From the NCBI RefSeq assembly GCF_009834535.1, contig NC_045696.1, positions 34,908,001 to 34,972,000 of the forward strand: DNA of 64,000 nucleotides, written 5' to 3'. This DNA comes from Camelus ferus (taxonomy: Eukaryota). Positions 39,683 to 53,267 of the stretch are shown piece by piece. The stretch's first letter is position 1. The number at the start of each line of letters is the position of its first letter. The notes beneath the pieces are model-generated. The model ran no database searches. It saw only the letters and a program-made list of their open reading frames with translations, and was not told the origin of the DNA. The translations under genes and the position numbers were made by a program.

Positions 39683-40574
39683 TGAGAAAGAGAAACTAGA
39701 CATACACTCAAAATGTATTCACTGGCCTAGATATTGAACGTCTATATTATTGAACAGTTACAATGGCAAACTAAGGGCTACACATGACAGCTTCAACATT
39801 TTCTAACACACATGAGTTATTAGAGAGACAGAAACATCAGGCTGTCAATTTCTGCAGATGATACAGTTTTTCCTTTTTAAAGTAGGCACCGTTCAGTCTA
39901 TGAACATGCTTCCTCCAAGTTTATGCATAGATAGAATTTTTTGGAGAGAGTATAAAATTTTGCAGGTTTATTTCTTAGTCTACACAAGTTAGTCCATTTA
40001 AATTGGCCTCGTATTTTTAAAAGGTAGATCAAATTAGTTAAATACAATTTGGGATAATTTTAACATCAACCTCTCTGAGCCTCAATATTATTATGATCAT
40101 TTACTAAAAACATTAAATTAGATCCACTTATTCTTTCTTTTCTATCACATACCTTTAAGATGCTGTGTACCTCATGGTAATGAGAGATAACTTCTTTACT
40201 AGCCAAGTTTAAATTCTAGTATCTAGCAGGGGACAGAAGGACACAAAAACTAAAGTAAGAACTAGAACAGGAATATTAGCAGTAGCAATGAAGAGTAAAT
40301 AATTGATTAATTATGGGTAGAAAATAGAGAGCTTTGTGAAGGAAATGATTTTTAATCTGAGCTTTAAAAGATAATCAGAATGTCTGTAGTTGGAATTGGG
40401 GAGCAGGTGCATAGGAAAAGTATTCCGTATTGAGAAATTCGTATGAACCCTGAGGTTATAGGTACTTGGCAAGTTAGATAAAGTAGTACCAATAATTTAT
40501 CTCTGAGAGGTCTTTATTAAAAACGGTATATATAATTATAACTTTTTAAACTTATTTATTTAATCTTCTTTTTT

Positions 40575-40960
40575 TTTAACAAACATCTGTTGACATCCTA
40601 TTGTTGGGTAGGTTGAGTTTTAGGCACTCATTGGAGATGCAGCAGTGAAGAAATACATTTCTTCTTTTTCATTAAGTGAACATTTTGGTAGATGGAGACA
40701 GAAAATAAATGAATCAAAAGGTATATACATATTGAGCAGGATTACCTTCAAAGAAAATAAAGAGGCAAGGTAACAGGATAGAGATTGAGAGAATGGATGG
40801 AGAATGGCACTATTAAATACTGTGGTCAGGGAAGAACTCCCTAATAATGACATTTAAGCCAAGATCTAAAAACAACAAAGTCTATTCAGAGACAAGGGGA
40901 GTGTGTTCCAGGCAGAGAGAAGAGTAAGTGCCAAGGCCCTGAGGCAGGAGGAGCCAGTCA
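40575..40960 (-). mobile_element. L2 3' end
   Basis: 'aacaaacatctgttgacatcctat', 'ggtcagggaag..ctc', 'gttccaggcagagagaagagtaagtgccaaggccctgaggcagg'. Confidence 0.8.
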
Positions 40961-41934
40961 TGTTTTTCAGTTTTCTTATCAAATGGAAATGTACCAGTAC
41001 AGACTTTCTACAGTCTGTAGAGTAGTGTTTGGTTTCTATAGGTTTCTGAAAGAAGCAACATGATACAGTAAGAACAATTGAAATATGTGGGTTTTAATAA
41101 AAAGGGAAGCTTCTATTTTTCCATAAAATAAAATATTTTTTAACTGTTCTGAAAATGAGGTGGAGCTTTGCATTAGAGCACAGGGATGCGTTCTCAATTT
41201 CTCTTTGCTGTCCTTGAGCATCGATTACTTAGGGATATGTTACCTGTAGTCGTATAATTTCATACACTCAGCACTTCAGCTTTATTTGAGTTAACTCTCT
41301 GTACGATGCAATTATTTCAAAAGTCTAGGGTTATGGAGAGAAATATGATGATAGAAATGCTTTCAATTAGGAAAAAAAATGAGTAAATTTGAATTGGCAA
41401 AAATATTGTACCTTCATCTAGCTCTTACTTCCTTTTAAAGAGTAAGAAAAATGTACAAGCATGCCATCATTTTGAATCTTGGTCAGCGCATGCCAAATCC
41501 GAAGTCTGGGTTTTGTGGGACAGTGGCTCCCTGGCAGACTCAATAGCTTGTTAATGTACAATAAAATGGGAAAGCAATTGATTACTGTTCAATGAAGATT
41601 CCCAACACAGCTAAATTTAAGATTTCAGGCTTTAGCAAGGAGAACTTTCAATCTATCTACAGACTAAGTCAAATTAATAGACATTTTTCTTTTAGAAAAT
41701 AATAAGCTGGTAGTATTTTTTACATATTTCCTACGATATGTTATTGGTTAGTAGCAAAACTTTAAAATGATACAGTTTGCTGTCTTTGAAATTTAGCTTT
41801 GCCCAAACCTACTGTCTCATATTTATGGGTGATCAAGAATATTCAATATTTAAGGAAGTATTTCCAATTTGGGTACAGTGTAGTACTTGTGAAAGAAAAT
41901 TCACATTTGATGGCAAGACAAGAAAAAATTTAAA

Positions 41935-42345
41935 TGTAAAACTTTCTTCTCTGCCCTTCAGCCTTCTCTCTATGGCCCCCACTGTGCAGTGCGTACCTGT
42001 ATCAGGCATCGACCAAGCCTCCCCCATCGGCAGGAATACCTGCTCAACCATGAAGAGCAACGTTCTCCCGGCATCAACAAGACACTTCCTTGAAAGATAA
42101 CATTCCTCCGTGATCTTGTAAGGGGTCACATGACCCATCAGGATGACGCTTAGATCTGGATTATATAAACTGTCAATAATACATCATTTGATGTACATCC
42201 CTCTCTCCCAAAAAACTTGTATAACTGTGCTGTGATTTCTAGCTGGAGAAATAGTTCTTAGAGCTTTCTAAGATTATCTTCCTAGGTTATAATCCTCAAA
42301 TTTGACTCAAATAAAATTTCCCATTTCTTTCTTAGATTGATTGAA
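41935..42345 (+). mobile_element. ERV1-class solo LTR (MER34/MER39-like)
   Basis: 3' end 'agagctttctaagattatcttcctaggttataatcctcaaatttgactcaaataaaa' resembles the MER34 family; TATA-like 'ttgtataac' and AATAAA in LTR order; boundaries approximate. Confidence 0.65.
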
Positions 42346-45300
42346 AAATTAGTGGAAGGTCACTACCATTTGTTGACAAATTGTTCCTACAAATTTCCGA
42401 GTGGGAGGCTAATACTCTTAGCAGATTATCAACAACTGATAGAACTGAAGAGTAGAGCTAATACTGGACCATCCTAAAGACTGAGACAGTCCAGTCAAGG
42501 AGTATGTGATTTAAGTGTTCCACGGAGAGCCAACACAAGCTTAGGCATTACATCATTAAATAAAAATGCACCCCGCACTTCTCATTAGAAAGGAAGAAGT
42601 ATATTAATGGAGACCATGTCTCTGCCTGATGAATGGAAATTCATTTGCTGTTTTGATCGAATTAGAGTGTGACGTTTACACCCAAGGAAACAGTATCTTC
42701 ATAACAGGACAGAATGAAAACATAGCAGGAAGGGAAAGCACAAGATGCTACTTGGAGTACTCAGGTTAGAGAGGTGCACTCTGGGGGTGATAGCAGCTGG
42801 CCTTTTGTAATTTATCTACAGAAGCAAACCTCAAAAGAAAACATTGCTAAAGACTTGATACCTGAAGCAAAGCTTGGGCAATTAGATTAGCCAAGTTTGA
42901 GACTAAGCCAAATCGCCAAGGACTGGGAAGTCTCCTGATTAAGAAATTGATCAATGTTCACACAAGTAAAGAGGAAGAACAGCATAAGACTGAACTGAAA
43001 TGTTCCTCAAACTAGAGGAAAGCCAGAGTGGACCTTAAAAAAACTAAGCGTAGTTACCACATCTTTAGGAGAAACCAGAAGTTGACATCAGAAATCTATT
43101 TTGAACACTCTGTCGTATTTGTAGTTGTATTTTTTCCTGCTTAAGTAGGGATGTATGTTTTTTATTCAGGAAACTTGATAGCATCCTGAGTAAAAGTCCT
43201 GCTGTACAGTCATTTCTCTGGCTCCTAAAAAGGGTTAATATAAATATAGATTACCCTTTAAACACTCGTGTCTTAGCAAAGGCTTAATCATGTGTGTGGC
43301 TTCTATTTAAATTAGACTATCAAGAATTTTTCCCTACAGTCATAATTATTAGAAAAGTAAATAAGCATTAGGGACAAAGGGTAAAATTTTATCCCTTCCT
43401 CTTGCCTTGTAACTAACAGGATATTCTCATTCATTCAACTTTTATTTATATATTAATTCTGTAAATATATTTGAGTCACTTTGTCAAATTCTTTTTAAGA
43501 TATGAAAATATATGAAACAGAACCTACCACCAAGGTCTTACGATTTATGAATGTTATAGATATAAAAATTGCCCATGAAGAAAGTTTTGTTAATTGACAT
43601 TTCTAAATATAGAACTATCCGTGAAAGGAATATAAGAAATAGGAAAGAATAGTCAAATAGGAGGAAGAATGAAGAACATTAAAATCAGGTACACATGGTT
43701 GTAAATTCATGATTTATCATTTGGTAAGTGTGTATCTAGTTACCATAAATAATTTATCTGGTTATTTCTACTACAATTTATTGCTAATTATTAATTACTA
43801 AAGCTAGTCTGGTGCTCAGAGTTTAGATCTATACAATGGGCATAATACCTCCTCATAATGTTCCCAAAGGGTTAAATGAACTAAGGGAGTAAAGTGCTGA
43901 CCAGAGCTCCTAGTAAATATTAGGATGTCAAGGGTGAGTGTTCGTTATTGTGGAAAGAACACAGGAAAAAACCCAGATGATTTAAGGTTTGTTGCAACTA
44001 CACATTTTAATTGGTTCTTAAGTTCTCCTGAAATAAAATTTCTATAATACTTGCCTCTACATGAGGTTTACAATTATACTGATGTTGATAATTATGAAAA
44101 TAAAAATAGTAGTTATAGAACATTGACTCTTCCAAACCCTGTGCTGAGAGTGTTGCATAATGTTCAGCACTGCATTGACAAGGAGGAAACAAATGTTCAG
44201 ATAGATCCATGCACTTGCCCCAAATTTCAAATCTAATAAATGACACAGTCAGGAAACATAAAAATTAAAGAAGTGTTATGCATATAATATGCATTTGAGA
44301 ACTTAAAATAAATGTTATGTAAATGTGGCCTGATTAATATAGTCATAATATATTTTTGTTAATAAGTATTTGGTTTGTAATAAAATGAAAATGTGAAATA
44401 GAAAAATAAATTATATAGGTATAAATGTGTATATTTATATACATACATAATTTTTTTTAATCAAATGAATGTCTTATGGGTAATTATTTAGGTCTTTATA
44501 AATAAATAATTTCACATAATAAAGTTGTACTTCTCATTTCTATTTGTGGGGTGTAAAATTTTTTATAGATCAAATACATCGATAAGTGGCTTAACGTTGC
44601 TCATGTCATTACCTGCTATGCTCCTGGCTGATAATGTAATTTACCCTTTAAAAAGTAATTTGAAAAACAAGAATATAAAATATGCAGCCAGTAGTTTGAA
44701 CTCTACATTCACAACGTATTTCAGAACTACAAAGTGTATTTTTTGTATTTAATAAAAAAGATCAATATAAAAATAAAAACAAGATGAGGTACAGCTTTTT
44801 CTAGAAGCATAAATTTGTTTAAGTGCTTCTTTCTTTATCAGCTGTTTCTACTTAATGTTATAAATTTGGGGACAGAACAATAGTCTACTTCTCCTGTGTC
44901 ACAAGTGCATTATGAAGACTATGAATTAATAAATCAAAAATAATAACCAGCATGTTCAGCTGTCTCAGTAATAGAAATCTGCTGGAAAGATTCAGGGAAT
45001 CATGAGGATATTAGAAATTCTAAAACATGAAATTATGAAGGGCAGGTATAAATCAACAAAGAGGAAATCATTTTCCAGGAAGAGAATCTAAACAAAGATG
45101 GAACAGTTGCTATGGCTAGCACGGCATCACTTCAGAAAAATTATGGAATCTATAATGTTGTCTAAAAATGCTTGGCGAGGGCTGATCGGAAAAGCATTGT
45201 TTTAGGAAACCAGTGGTTCAGAAATCAGAAGAAATGGATACAGATACAAATACATTTACATGAAACTAATAATAAAGAGACTCTGAAGTCAGGTACTTCC

Positions 45301-46465
45301 CCCGACCTCATAAAGAATTTAAACAGTACCTAAATATCAATTCAGCTATTATACCACAATGCAACTAAAATAAATAGAATAAAATGCAAATCATAGAATT
45401 GACTTTTTTTCATAGGGTTTGATAATGTGGCTGTTAGGGTTTTCTGGGCCAGGCAACATTTGAAATGACAAATTGATATCCCCTGAAGATGCTTGGAAGA
45501 AATGTTCCCATTCGGCTTCAAAATAAAAGAGCAATAATTATGATAAAAGGATATAAAACTTGTATAAGATCACAGAGGAGAGATCAACAAATTGGGCTTT
45601 GTGAAGTATAAGGAAGAAACTGCACTGAATTAACTCGATGAAAAAATGACAGCAAAGTTGTTTCAATCAGATGGAATAACACGTGCGCCATGGAGGTGTG
45701 AATGTGTCCGGTGGGGCGAGGGAAGATTGAGAAGATCTGTGAAGTGTGACCTCTTTATCCATGAGCAGAAAGTAACTGAGTTAATTCTGGATGAAAAGCT
45801 CTCTGGTAGTAAAGTGGTGTCTGGAGTGTGAGCAAGGAGATGGTTGAAGGGGGTCAGGTAAGAGGCAGGTCCCGAGCAGGACCAAAGGCACTAGATACGG
45901 AGAGAATCTGGGTCCACTGTGCTCACCGTTAACCTGGAAAGCCCTTCTTCTTTCTCCCCCTGACCAAGCTCATACTCTTCAATTGTTGCTCAAAGACCAC
46001 CTCCTTCAGGAAGACTTCCTTGACCACAGAGGCTGAGTTAGGGAACCCTCATCTGGTTACTGATTCCCCCAGGCTGCCTTTGTCACAGGACTTCCCCCAC
46101 TCCATGGGACATGTTAGATTACTTGAGCTCATTTTCTCACATGAGTATCTGCTACAGTGTCTGAGAGAGTGGAGGTAAAGATGGACTCAGGTAGGAATCT
46201 TAGGGATAGGTGAAACTGGGGTTAAAAATGAAAAAGGAAAAGAAGGTGGATTGAGAACAATGGGGAAAAGGGATTCTCCAAGTGGCAAGAGCACGAGGAA
46301 GCACAAGGTGAGTACAGCCAGGTTTTGAGTTTCTTTTAATCAAAAGGTGAATGAGGATGATGAACTAGAAAACTACTCAAGGAAATCGATTGAGATCCTT
46401 TTGGAACTTTTGATTCTGGATTAGAGATTTAGATATTTATTCCAGAATAAATAGGAAGCCTAAGA

Positions 46466-46490
46466 AGTTGTTGTTGTTGTTGTTGTTGTT
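46466..46490. repeat. (GTT)n microsatellite
   Basis: 'gttgttgttgttgttgttgttgtt'. Confidence 0.95.
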
Positions 46491-48620
46491 TTTCAGAATG
46501 TAAACAACACAGAGCTGTGCTTCTAAAATTATTTTGGGAGTGATGGATAGAATGGGTTGCAGAGAGGGTTCCCTGTGGTAGGGAATCTGGTTGAGAAACT
46601 CATGCCTTCGGCAAAATGGAACATTAGTACTATTAAGCCAAAGCATTAAGAGATGTTTCACTCATTTGGTGTGTTGGTGGGGAAGGCTATTACACTTACT
46701 TTAAATTGTAGGAAACCCATGTTAGTACAAATAAACGGTATGTACAGGAGGATGGATAAGGATAAAGTGCATCTTAGAGGTACAATCTATCACGTTGACT
46801 CAAGAGTCTCGTGATCTGCCAGTGAAAGGCAAAGAAAGCCTGCTTCTGCCAAATACAGCGCCAACAGCATGCATTCATAGCTTCAGGTGGATATAGCGGG
46901 AAGTGTGCACGCTGGAATGCAGGTGAGATTATGAAGCTGGATTATGTTAGAAACGAAAAGTATAGGAATATCCAACTCCTTGATTCTCTGCTTCTCTCCC
47001 CAGGCATTCTCTGCCCACAGCATAATTATAGGAAAGAGTAAAGGAATTGCTACCTTCAAGGTCAGTAAAACTTGAACATATTTTTCAAATGCTCACTTAA
47101 GTCAGAAAAACTACAATGGGTAATGGCAAATTGGGATGGCAATTATTCTGATCTGACGTTTGGGGGATTACAATTAAGCAATAAGGCACAAACCAGGGGT
47201 GTGTTACTTCCAGATAACACACTTCTTGGAAAGGGCTGTGAGGCATAAGGGGCGAATTAGAGCCTCCAATGATCTGGGAAATGTGTTATCTCTCTGTAGC
47301 ACAACTCTCGGGCACATTAGTACCATAGATGCAGTGGTAGATGCTCCGGTCGTATATGGATTGACTGCACCATGTAAAACATATGTTTAAAACACGTTTG
47401 CTCTTGAGAGCTGGCAAAGGCTGCTGACTTGGAAACACCATCCTCACCGTCATCAGCCGATGGTGGATGGGCTGCGATGCCACCGTCTGAGCCTTTATGG
47501 GAGGTGTGTGCCCAGCATGCTGGGGACCATCCTTTTACAGCAGCCCTGATCCCGTTCATTTCACTTGAGCTTTTTTAATGTTTTCTTCTGTTTGGCACTT
47601 CTATGTTTATGTAAATGTAATGGGGTAAGGTAGTTCAAAACTGAATTTTTAATGTGGGAGCTTTTTTTCCCCCTTCTGTATCATTTTGTCTGGTTTTCAT
47701 AAGGTGGCTGCCAGGTACTGGGTTTGCACTTGATTGACGGAAGGTTATTTCTAGTTCAGCTACCATCAAACACCTCAGCACTCCATCCCGGAAGATGTTT
47801 TGGTAGTTAAAGAGACCATGTTGGACAAAGAATCCTTTAAAGCTGCCTCTTTCTTTCTCCTAGTGAGTAACCACAGTGAGACACACCAGGCGAAAAGAAA
47901 GACCCATCTTTAATCTGTGCTGCTGAGGGAAATGAAAGAGAGTGAATTAAAACCAAGAGTAGCTTCTCATGCTCATTGGAGAGCCTTTTTAAAATTTTTT
48001 TTCTGCTCCATTTTATACAACAAATAAGATCATCAAAGAAAGTCAAGCACAGGTTTGGAACCCGCAGCTCCTTGACCTTGGCTTCCTCTCCGCTTGCCCG
48101 GCCTCCCCTGGAATTTCTTGTGATGTCAGATCACAGAGCCACAAGAAGTGCTTGTACCTCAGGAACAGCGAGGAAATTTTATTTTTAGATTTCTTTTCTG
48201 TGACTCTAGTAAAATAACATGAAGCCCTTTTATGGCTCTATCTGAGGGTTTTGATAAATCTGCTGCATTTCAAAGCATGAAAGGGGTGATAACAAAAAAT
48301 GTCTGTTCTGACTGCTTCTAGCCACCAGGTCTCCTTAAGAACATCTGCAGGGTCCCAGTGGCGAGGTGCCAGCCTGTATTCACTGCTGGAAGCTGCGGGG
48401 AATTTCACCTCACCTAGCAGACATCTACCTCCAGATGCATTACATAAATCATTCCACACAATAGGCACTTTTCCATATAAAATTATATGTCTTGTAATTT
48501 GGGATTCTTACAGCATATTTAAAGATTAAAAAAAAAAAACCCTCCTTTCTTGACATGTTCCTTAAAATTAACATTCTTTACTGAACAATGGCAAAATAGT
48601 TTCAATTAAAAATTACTTTA

Positions 48621-49036
48621 AAAGCTTGTCCATTTCTTCTATGATGTCCATTTTGTTGCCATATAGTTGTTCACAGTATTCTCTTAAAGTTTTTTATATT
48701 TCTGTGGTGTTGGTTGTAATTTCTCCATTTTCCTTTCTTATTTTATTTGTTCATTTGTGTTCTATTTCACGTTTCCTTGGTAAGCCTGGCAAGAGGTACG
48801 TCGATTTTGTTGGAGGTGGGAAGGAATAAATTTGGAGCTCAAGATTTGCAGATACTAATTACTGTATATAAAAGAGATACACAGCTGGTTTCTTCTGTAG
48901 AGCACAGGAACTATATTCAACATCCTGTAATGACCTATAATGAAAAAGAATATGAAAACAAATATATGTATGTGTACGTATGACTGAAACATTATGCTGT
49001 ACACATTACAATATTGTAAACTGACTGTACTTTAAT
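48621..49036. mobile_element. L1 with inverted 5' segment: antisense ORF2 piece (~48625-48811) fused to a sense 3' UTR (~48812-49036)
   Basis: Antisense 'ttgtccatttcttct...tttctgtggtgttggttgtaatttctcc' then sense 'gggaaggaataaatttggag...aatgaaaaagaatatgaaaac...tatgactgaaacattatgctgtacac'; flanks aaaaattacttta (48608-48620) / aaaaattaattta (49038-49050). Confidence 0.75.
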
Positions 49037-49314
49037 AAAAAATTAATTTAGGAATGGTAATAACTATCAAAATCATCATCAATATTCCTAGTAATACTAA
49101 CAAATGATCTATATAGTAATTAAAAATACTACTTCATCTAACATTTCTCATCCCTTATTTTTCTGTACTATTTACATTTTTATCTACCTGGAAAAAGGCT
49201 CTTCTATATGCTCAGATTTTCAATCAGACTAGCCAGTATTATATATTTAGAAATAAGAGGTAAAAATTGTGAGATTTAAAAAAAAAAGGGATACTGGGAG
49301 CTAAATGGATTTAA

Positions 49315-49400
49315 TCATGTATTCATTTATTCATTTAACCCATTTTAATTCTGTGCCTACTGTATGCCAGGCACTCTTCTAGGCTCTGAGGGTTCAGTGA
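49315..49400 (-). mobile_element. L2 3' terminal fragment
   Basis: 'attcatttattcatttaac...gtgcctactgtatgccaggcactcttctaggctctg'. Confidence 0.75.
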
Positions 49401-49514
49401 TAATTTTCCAAATGAATGATTCAGATTTTTACAGAAAACTTTCTAAGTGACTTTAAAATATTTAGGCTTACAAAAAATTGAAAGTACATTTAAAGACACA
49501 ACAGATCCTCTTTC

Positions 49515-49660
49515 AGCTTTATTGAGGTATAATTGACAGTAAAAAATTGTAGTAAGTTTAAAGTATAAGATGTGAGGATTTCACAAGCGTTTACATTCAT
49601 ATGTTTACTCTCACAAGCGAGTTGATGAATACAGCCATCATCTCACACATTTACCTTGCA
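49515..49660 (-). mobile_element. Very short L1 3' end
   Basis: 'cagctttattgaggtataattgac...tttaaagtataagatgtg...acagccatcatctcaca'. Confidence 0.7.
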
Positions 49661-50589
49661 ACATAGCTTCATTGTCTACTCGGGAGCAGGTTTTGAGCTA
49701 GACACTTCAGAGAATACTGACACTTCGCATACATCCCAGAAACATAGACTCCAACAGAAAAAATAAAGCAGTTAACCAACACTCACAATATGAAGGAAAA
49801 TATGCTTTGAAATAAAAGTAACAATTGAGTGCTAGGGGATTCTAAGGAAGTCACATGAGGCTCAAGGACTTAATCACGGGGCGGCTTTGGACAATGCAGA
49901 CAGATGGAAGAGCCTTGGTAAAGGCTAGCAATGAGGAAAACTATGAGGAAAGTTACTTTTTGCAGGAATAGTCTGCTTTGTCTGAAGCATGGAATGGGTA
50001 GAGAGGGTCCCGTTATGAGATGACACGAGAGCCAGGTTAATTAGTATTTGTTACATTGTTAGCATATAGCCAGGAATAGAAACTTCCTGAGAAACGTAGC
50101 ATCTTGATCAAAGTACGTGCTAGATTAGCTGGTGGAGGGAGTGAAGTCAGCGTGTGCAATAGCCCTGATCTGCTCCTGGTACTGAGTCACCACAGCATCA
50201 GTGAGTCTATTTAGAAGCCTATAAGCATCCTTTCATTCAGAGAGAAAAAGCAACAAGAAAGAAGGGGGAGGAAGGTCTCCATTCAGAGACAAAAAGTTTC
50301 TACTTGTTGTAAGAGTGATAGATGAGTGTAAAAAAAGAGATGAGAAATCAGTGAAGGTGATCAGTGAGAAAAAACTGAGTTTGGCAAAATCTCAGCCGTC
50401 AGCAGGTTATACCACCACTACCTTCCTGAAACATCCCTTTTTGTATTTTAATGTTTGATGTTGAGACTTCTTTAGTGAAGTTACTAATGTAAGTTATGCC
50501 ACTCTGTTCCTTAGCCTTAAGTGGTTGGCACTGAACTCTAATTTCTAGACACACCATTCTTCAAACTAGTGAGTTGTCTTCTGTTTGTT

Positions 50590-50990
50590 AGTTTTTTTCA
50601 TAAAAATATTTTTATTGAGGTATAATTGATTTACAATATTGTGTTAATTCAAGGTGTACAGCAACATGATTTAGTTATATATATATTTTCAGACTATTTT
50701 CATTATAGGTTATTACAAGATACTGAACATAGTTCCCTGTTCTATGTAGTAAGTCCCTGTTGCTCTTCTGTTGTGTATATAGTGGTTTGTATCTGTTAAT
50801 CCCGTATTCCTAATTGACCCCACCCCCTTTCCCCTTTGGTAGCCATAATTTTCTATGTGTGTCTGTTTCTGTTTTGTATATAGATTCATTTCTACTACTT
50901 TTTAGATTCCGTATATAAGTGACATAATAGTTGTTTTTCTCTCCCTGACTTACTTAGTGTGATATTCTCTAGGTCCAGTCATATTGCTGG
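50590..50990 (-). mobile_element. L1 3' end (cetartiodactyl type)
   Basis: 'tattgaggtataattgatttacaatattgtgtta...cattataggttattacaagatactgaacatagttccctg...ttagattccgtatataagtga...ttctctaggtcca'. Confidence 0.9.
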
Positions 50991-52489
50991 AGTTTGTTTT
51001 TAAACAAGGGAGTTAAGGGAAGCGGTATCTTTTTTTCGCGGTGGCCTTTTTTTTGGGTTTGTTTCTTGGATCATGTAATTGTGTGGAGTAATGTTACCTT
51101 TTGCCTTAGCACTATTTTTCATGGACTCCTGTGCATCCCTAATGATTGCCATCTGTGCCAAAGAGGCAGATAAAAACTCTCCTCTATCATGATGCGACTC
51201 TATAAAAATAGGCCCACAGATGTCAATTAAAATAATGACACTACAAGGGACTCCAGTCTTTTTATACACATGTAGCTGTTCAAGGAAAAGCATTGCAATT
51301 CTGCTAAACATGATATTCCACTACGCAGTAAACCCAGATTGGGTTGTTTTACTGACAAAACTGGACAAATCAGACAAAACAGATTTTCAAAGTGGCATTT
51401 CAAGAAGCTGAACTCACCATTTTTAATAGATCAGGGCACTGGGGCTGTAAGTCTTATGTTTAAGAATAAATGCTACTCTGTAGTACAACTGTTCTTTATT
51501 TTAATTCGTGCCTGAGATGCTTTGTGCAACACAAAGTCATTTAAAATTAAGGATAAGGCATTTTTTCCGTCATTTCCATTTCATCATAGGCAATTCTTGA
51601 TCACAAGGTAGTTTGCTTAAAGTTGCAAATCCTCCAAATTATGGGGTTTGTTTCCAGCCTGCTGAGAGGCAAATTAGATATGGAACTTCTGTCTCCTGTT
51701 AATGTTAATGGGAGTTGCATGCCTAATTCCCTAAGAAGCCCAGAACAAATGTATGCTTATGAGTCAGCATTACTAGGTTTTCTGGGTCTTTACCCTTTAA
51801 AAGTGTCATTAGTCTGAATAATAGCCAGTCCCTCTGGTTACCCCAAACCAAGCGCCAGCTACTGTAGTTGGAAACTCTGGGATTTCAGCTCTTCCAAATA
51901 GCCTCAATTCTGAATGCTCCCACGTATTACTCACTTTTGTCTACAGAGACAAAATTCAAACCCCAAACTATTTAATAATTGCATTTTAACCTTACATTTT
52001 TTTCTATTGAAGTCATAATACTCATTAGGCATTGAGATAACTTTGGGGTATTTATTTTAAAATATCAATCTTTATTTGATCCTAACTTTTCCATGTGTTT
52101 TCTCTAATTACGCTATTAGAAGTATTATTCCTTCCAGGCAAAATTATCTAAAACAATTCTGTGTTCTGTGTTCTCAGTCCTGAAGTATTTGCTCCTAGTA
52201 ATAGCGTACTGATACGCATTACTGAGTATTTAATTATATTGTTGTAAGACTTGATATCACAAATAGAGAAAGGGCATCTTTTTGTAGAAGTAAGATGATG
52301 TTGTATACAAGATTTTCAAAATCAACAAGAACTTCAAAAACACCTGAACTGTATTTTTTTTTCCTTTAGTCAAAGATCCTTTATTTTGATCTTATGGGAT
52401 AAAAAGAATTTTAAAATATTTTTGAAAGGCCAATAATTTTAGAAGAGGTGTTATTTTTAACCACCATGAGCCAGATGTTCTCTATAACC

Positions 52490-52625
52490 TCATTACTCAA
52501 GGAGTGACCTCACCTGGGGGCTTGTTAGCACTGCAGAATCTCACTCCCGTCTTATTCCTTCTAAATGTACAGATTACCAAATTCCATAGCTGATAGTTAT
52601 GCACGTAGAGTTCGATAAGCACGTC
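52490..52625. mobile_element. MER5-type MITE
   Basis: 'tcacctgggggcttgttagcactgcagaatctca...tatgcacgtagagttcgataagcac'. Confidence 0.65.
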
Positions 52626-52884
52626 TCTGTAACATTAACATTAACTCTAAGCATTCAGAGTTAAGCCACTTTTGACGCCAGGATTTTCCTATAACATTTC
52701 ATTTTTTATAGAAATTTGTCATGATTCTTTTGGACACAGAATTCTACTTTTACTGATTAATGTATGTGTTTGCTCCTCACAACACAGAGGGAGCTCCTAT
52801 AAAGTAAATGAGGATTTGAACAGCGCATGTTCTGAAAACATTGTAAACAGGCACAGCTGTCCACTAGATGATAGCTTATCTATT

Positions 52885-53040
52885 AGAGTTGTTCTCAGAG
52901 TTGCAGAAGAATAACCGTGGCATTTATGAAAGGTAGGTTCTTGGGCCCCATGCCCAGATATTTCTATTAGTCCAGGAATCTGTATTTTTTTAAATTTCCC
53001 CAGACGATGGGAGGTTTCCCTGGACAATATTTTGAGAAAG
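52885..53040. mobile_element. MER5-type MITE
   Basis: 'gttgttctca...ttcttgggccccatgcccaga...ggaatctgtattttttt..aatttccccag...tttgagaa'. Confidence 0.6.
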
Positions 53041-53267
53041 ATGATCTAATGCCTGGCTTATACGCTAGCTTAGTTCTTATTATTCCTGAGCTGTGTGGCA
53101 GAGTCCAAAGTTATCACAATTTTGCACATTGTAGTTCAGGTTAAAAAATGTAGAGAAAGAGAAAAAAATACTGTTAGCTCTTGAAATTTTTCACTTGCCT
53201 GTTGATAAAAATAAAAAATTCTCCACTTATGTGACTAGGAGTAATTGTAAAACACTATTTCAAAAAA

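Noticed and set aside
41777..42138. Overlapping 107-aa and 101-aa ORFs
   Set aside because: Overlap an ERV1-type LTR; no recognisable protein
39482..47524. Short palindromes ctgatgc-g-gcatcag (39482-39496) and cccagcatgctggg (47511-47524)
   Set aside because: 7-bp arms are expected a few times by chance in 64 kb
52858..52877. CTCF-like motif 'ccactagatgatag'
   Set aside because: Mismatches in the conserved GGC core; a single partial match is expected by chance
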